Assembly (NCBI GenBank): GCA_038063515.1
Contig: JBBTUY010000003.1
Span: forward strand, 41,894 to 77,464
Reading direction: 5' to 3'
Length of the DNA: 35,571 nt
Origin: Patescibacteria group bacterium
Lineage (GTDB): Bacteria; Patescibacteriota; Minisyncoccia; Phycocordibacterales; UBA9973
Position numbers and translations under genes: made by a program. Below the pieces are notes generated by a model. It was not told the DNA's origin and ran no database searches. It saw only the letters and a list, made by a program, of their open reading frames with translations. Of the stretch, positions 33,746 to 35,571 are shown piece after piece. Numbering within the stretch: position 1 is the first letter of the stretch; each line of letters starts with the position of its first letter.

Positions 33746-33818
33746 TGGGCGGTACAAGAATCGAACTTGTTACCTTGTCTACGTCAAAGACACGCTCTAC
33801 CAAGTGAGCTAACCGCCC
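33746..33818 (-). tRNA. tRNA-Val(GAC)
   Basis: GGGCGGT...ACCGCCC-A acceptor stem, anticodon arm TGTCT-TTGACGT-AGACA, T-loop TTCGATT. Confidence 0.95.
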
Positions 33819-33852
33819 AGACTTTCTTTATAGCATTTTTCCTTTTAGTTTT

Positions 33853-34617
33853 TCAAGTTAGTTTTTCTAACATTTCAAGCTCTTCTTTGGAATTTGGCTG
33901 AATACCTTCAATCAAATTTGTCACTACTATTGTCTCAATCTTCTCTTTTTGTATCTGTGCAATTTCTATCATATCGCTCAAATAATATTCATTCTTCATA
34001 TTATTTTTTTTTAATTCGTTGATATTTTTCCAGAGCCACTTTGCATCAAAAGCATAAATAGAGGGGTTGATTTCTTTCACCTTTTTTTCTTCCTCATCTG
34101 CATCTTTGTATTCCACTATTTTTTTTATTTCTCCATTTGCGTCACGAATGATCCGGCCGTAATGATTCATACCAAAGCGCCAATCTTTGTAGTCTGGTAC
34201 AGTTATTGTCGCCATAGTAATTACTCCTTTCATTTGACTATGTTTCGCAATTAATTCCTTTAGTGTTTCTTTTGAAACTGCTGGCTGGTCAGTAAATAAA
34301 ACTAAAATAATTTCATGATTTTTATCCATAGCAGGCTTAGCACACATAAGTGCATGTCCAGTACCAAGCTGTTCATTTTGCTCGGCGTATGTGTACTTTT
34401 CACCTAACATTTTTTTCACTTTCTCTTTTTCGTGACCAATTACAATCACTGGCTTTAAAGTTAGATTAAGTGGAGTAATGTTGTCTAAAATGTGTTGTAG
34501 AAAAGGTTTACCATGTAAAAGAGTTAAAGCTTTTGGGTCGTTCGATCTCATGCGAGTGCCCTTGCCCGCAGCTAGGATTACAAGTTGTACATTATTTATA
34601 TTACTATTTTTATCCAT
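33853..34617 (-). CDS. Nucleotidyltransferase resembling the GlmU N-terminal domain only
   Basis: ILAAGKGTRMRS..PK, EQLGTGHA, YGRIIRD, IVEYKDA and EYYLSD. There is no hexapeptide acetyltransferase domain. Confidence 0.88.
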   Translation of the reverse strand: MDKNSNINNVQLVILAAGKGTRMRSNDPKALTLLHGKPFLQHILDNITPLNLTLKPVIVIGHEKEKVKKMLGEKYTYAEQNEQLGTGHALMCAKPAMDKNHEIILVLFTDQPAVSKETLKELIAKHSQMKGVITMATITVPDYKDWRFGMNHYGRIIRDANGEIKKIVEYKDADEEEKKVKEINPSIYAFDAKWLWKNINELKKNNMKNEYYLSDMIEIAQIQKEKIETIVVTNLIEGIQPNSKEELEMLEKLT

Positions 34618-34756
34618 GAGCTTTTTATATTAAAACTAATTTTGATTTTTTGCAATCTATTTCTATACCTTCGGATCTTTAAAAAACCTCGATCCATATT
34701 ATTATATGGAATTAGTAATTATTATCAATTAGAGTAAATTATGCTAGTATATGAAC

Positions 34757-35257
34757 ATGATAACAAAACAAACTTTTATAAAAAGCGTTTTAAGAGAGGT
34801 AGACATCATTAAGCATTTAGCAGAAAAGATAACTCCAGAAGTTTTAGTATACAAGCCGACAGAAAGTCAGAGGACTACTTTAGAACTTCTAGGGTATTTG
34901 GCTGTGGGCCCTGGTATAGCTTTGCAAGTAGCAAAGGCAGGAGATCAGTCTCTCTTTGCTGTATCAGGTGAAAAGCAGAAAGAGGTTACTTTAGAGAATT
35001 TTAGAGAAATCATAGATAAAGAGGCTGCTGAAATAAAATCAACAATGGAAGCAATGACAGACGAAGAACTAAATGAAGAGATAGATCTCTGGGGGTCTGG
35101 AATGAAAGAGCCTCGCAGTCAGCACATCTTAACCCTCGTGCTTTTGTCTTTTGTGGCGTATAAGATGCAACTCTTCCTATATCTCAAGTCTTCCGGCCTA
35201 GTTCATCTAAATACTCAAAACGTCTGGCAGGGCAGGGATCCAGAACCAAAGAATTAA
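34757..35257 (+). CDS. DinB/YfiT-like four-helix-bundle protein
   Basis: YKPT..QRTTLELLGYL and AYKMQLFLYLK pattern. The start is probably ATG 34757, 6 nt after TG-C-TAGTAT. Confidence 0.7.
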   Translation: MITKQTFIKSVLREVDIIKHLAEKITPEVLVYKPTESQRTTLELLGYLAVGPGIALQVAKAGDQSLFAVSGEKQKEVTLENFREIIDKEAAEIKSTMEAMTDEELNEEIDLWGSGMKEPRSQHILTLVLLSFVAYKMQLFLYLKSSGLVHLNTQNVWQGRDPEPKN

Positions 35258-35272
35258 TTTTTAATATAAAAC

Positions 35273-35300
35273 AAAAACACCCCTCGTACGGGGTGTTTTT
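35273..35300. terminator. Bidirectional intrinsic terminator
   Basis: AAAAACACCCC-TCGTAC-GGGGTGTTTTT, a perfect 11-bp stem between convergent ORFs. Confidence 0.88.
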
Positions 35301-35311
35301 ACTCGATCTAT

Positions 35312-35434
35312 TTATTCAGCAGGAGCTGCTTCGGGTGCCGTTTCTCCTTCTGCTGTGTGGTCCTTTGGGCAAGTACACTCGCTCATTAAGTTACCACATG
35401 TTGCACATCTTTCTTCAGTATTTGTGTCGTCCAT
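35312..35434 (-). CDS. 40-aa acidic microprotein with a CxxC-x6-CxC motif (not in the ORF track)
   Basis: MDDTNTEERCATCGNLMSECTCPKDHTAEGETAPEAAPAE*. It ends just before the bidirectional terminator and has an AT-rich leader with an upstream TATAAT. Confidence 0.7.
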   Translation of the reverse strand: MDDTNTEERCATCGNLMSECTCPKDHTAEGETAPEAAPAE

Positions 35435-35571
35435 ATTTTTTAAAATTATATTTATAATTGTAGAAAGATATGGCGACTAGTCACATATCTACCTCTTTAT
35501 TATACACTATTTGGGCGGGGAAAGATATGCTTTAAGTAGTTTTGCATGCTTGCAAAACATCACTGCGGTGA

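Noticed and set aside
33741-33803. N-terminal extension of TsaD in the ORF track
   Set aside because: It overlaps tRNA-Val, and the conserved TsaD start is MKILSIETSCD at 33740.

Overview
AT-rich bacterial chromosome segment using genetic code 11. Gene content and style suggest a Patescibacteria/CPR (Parcubacteria-like) genome; this is an inference from the shortened ValS, LeuS and YchF, a stand-alone GlmU-N domain, membrane-anchored cohesin proteins and the lack of Shine-Dalgarno motifs. The left part (1-14.5 kb) is accessory. It holds two membrane-anchored cohesin-like proteins and a 2838-aa signal-peptide-bearing SpvB/FG-GAP/YD/RHS polymorphic toxin, whose YD shell carries an ~820-aa multidomain insertion. 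Two candidate immunity genes follow, then an unannotated 3' fragment of a large serine recombinase. Next is a RAYT-type HUH tyrosine transposase bounded by perfect 15-bp inverted repeats with G-rich stutter repeats outside them. Decayed copies of its left end bracket an O-antigen-ligase-like gene. The right part is housekeeping: ychF, a SAM methyltransferase, leuS, murJ, an ABC exporter, lepA, an ftsB-like gene, glutaredoxin, hsp20, prsW, valS, tsaD, a GlmU-N-like gene, a DinB-like gene and four tRNAs (Gly-CCC, Arg-CCT, Phe-GAA, Val-GAC). The main leads are the RAYT end-repeat/cassette arrangement next to the toxin locus, the cargo-bearing RHS shell, in-frame palindromes inside tsaD and leuS, and a pervasive leaderless-promoter layout.
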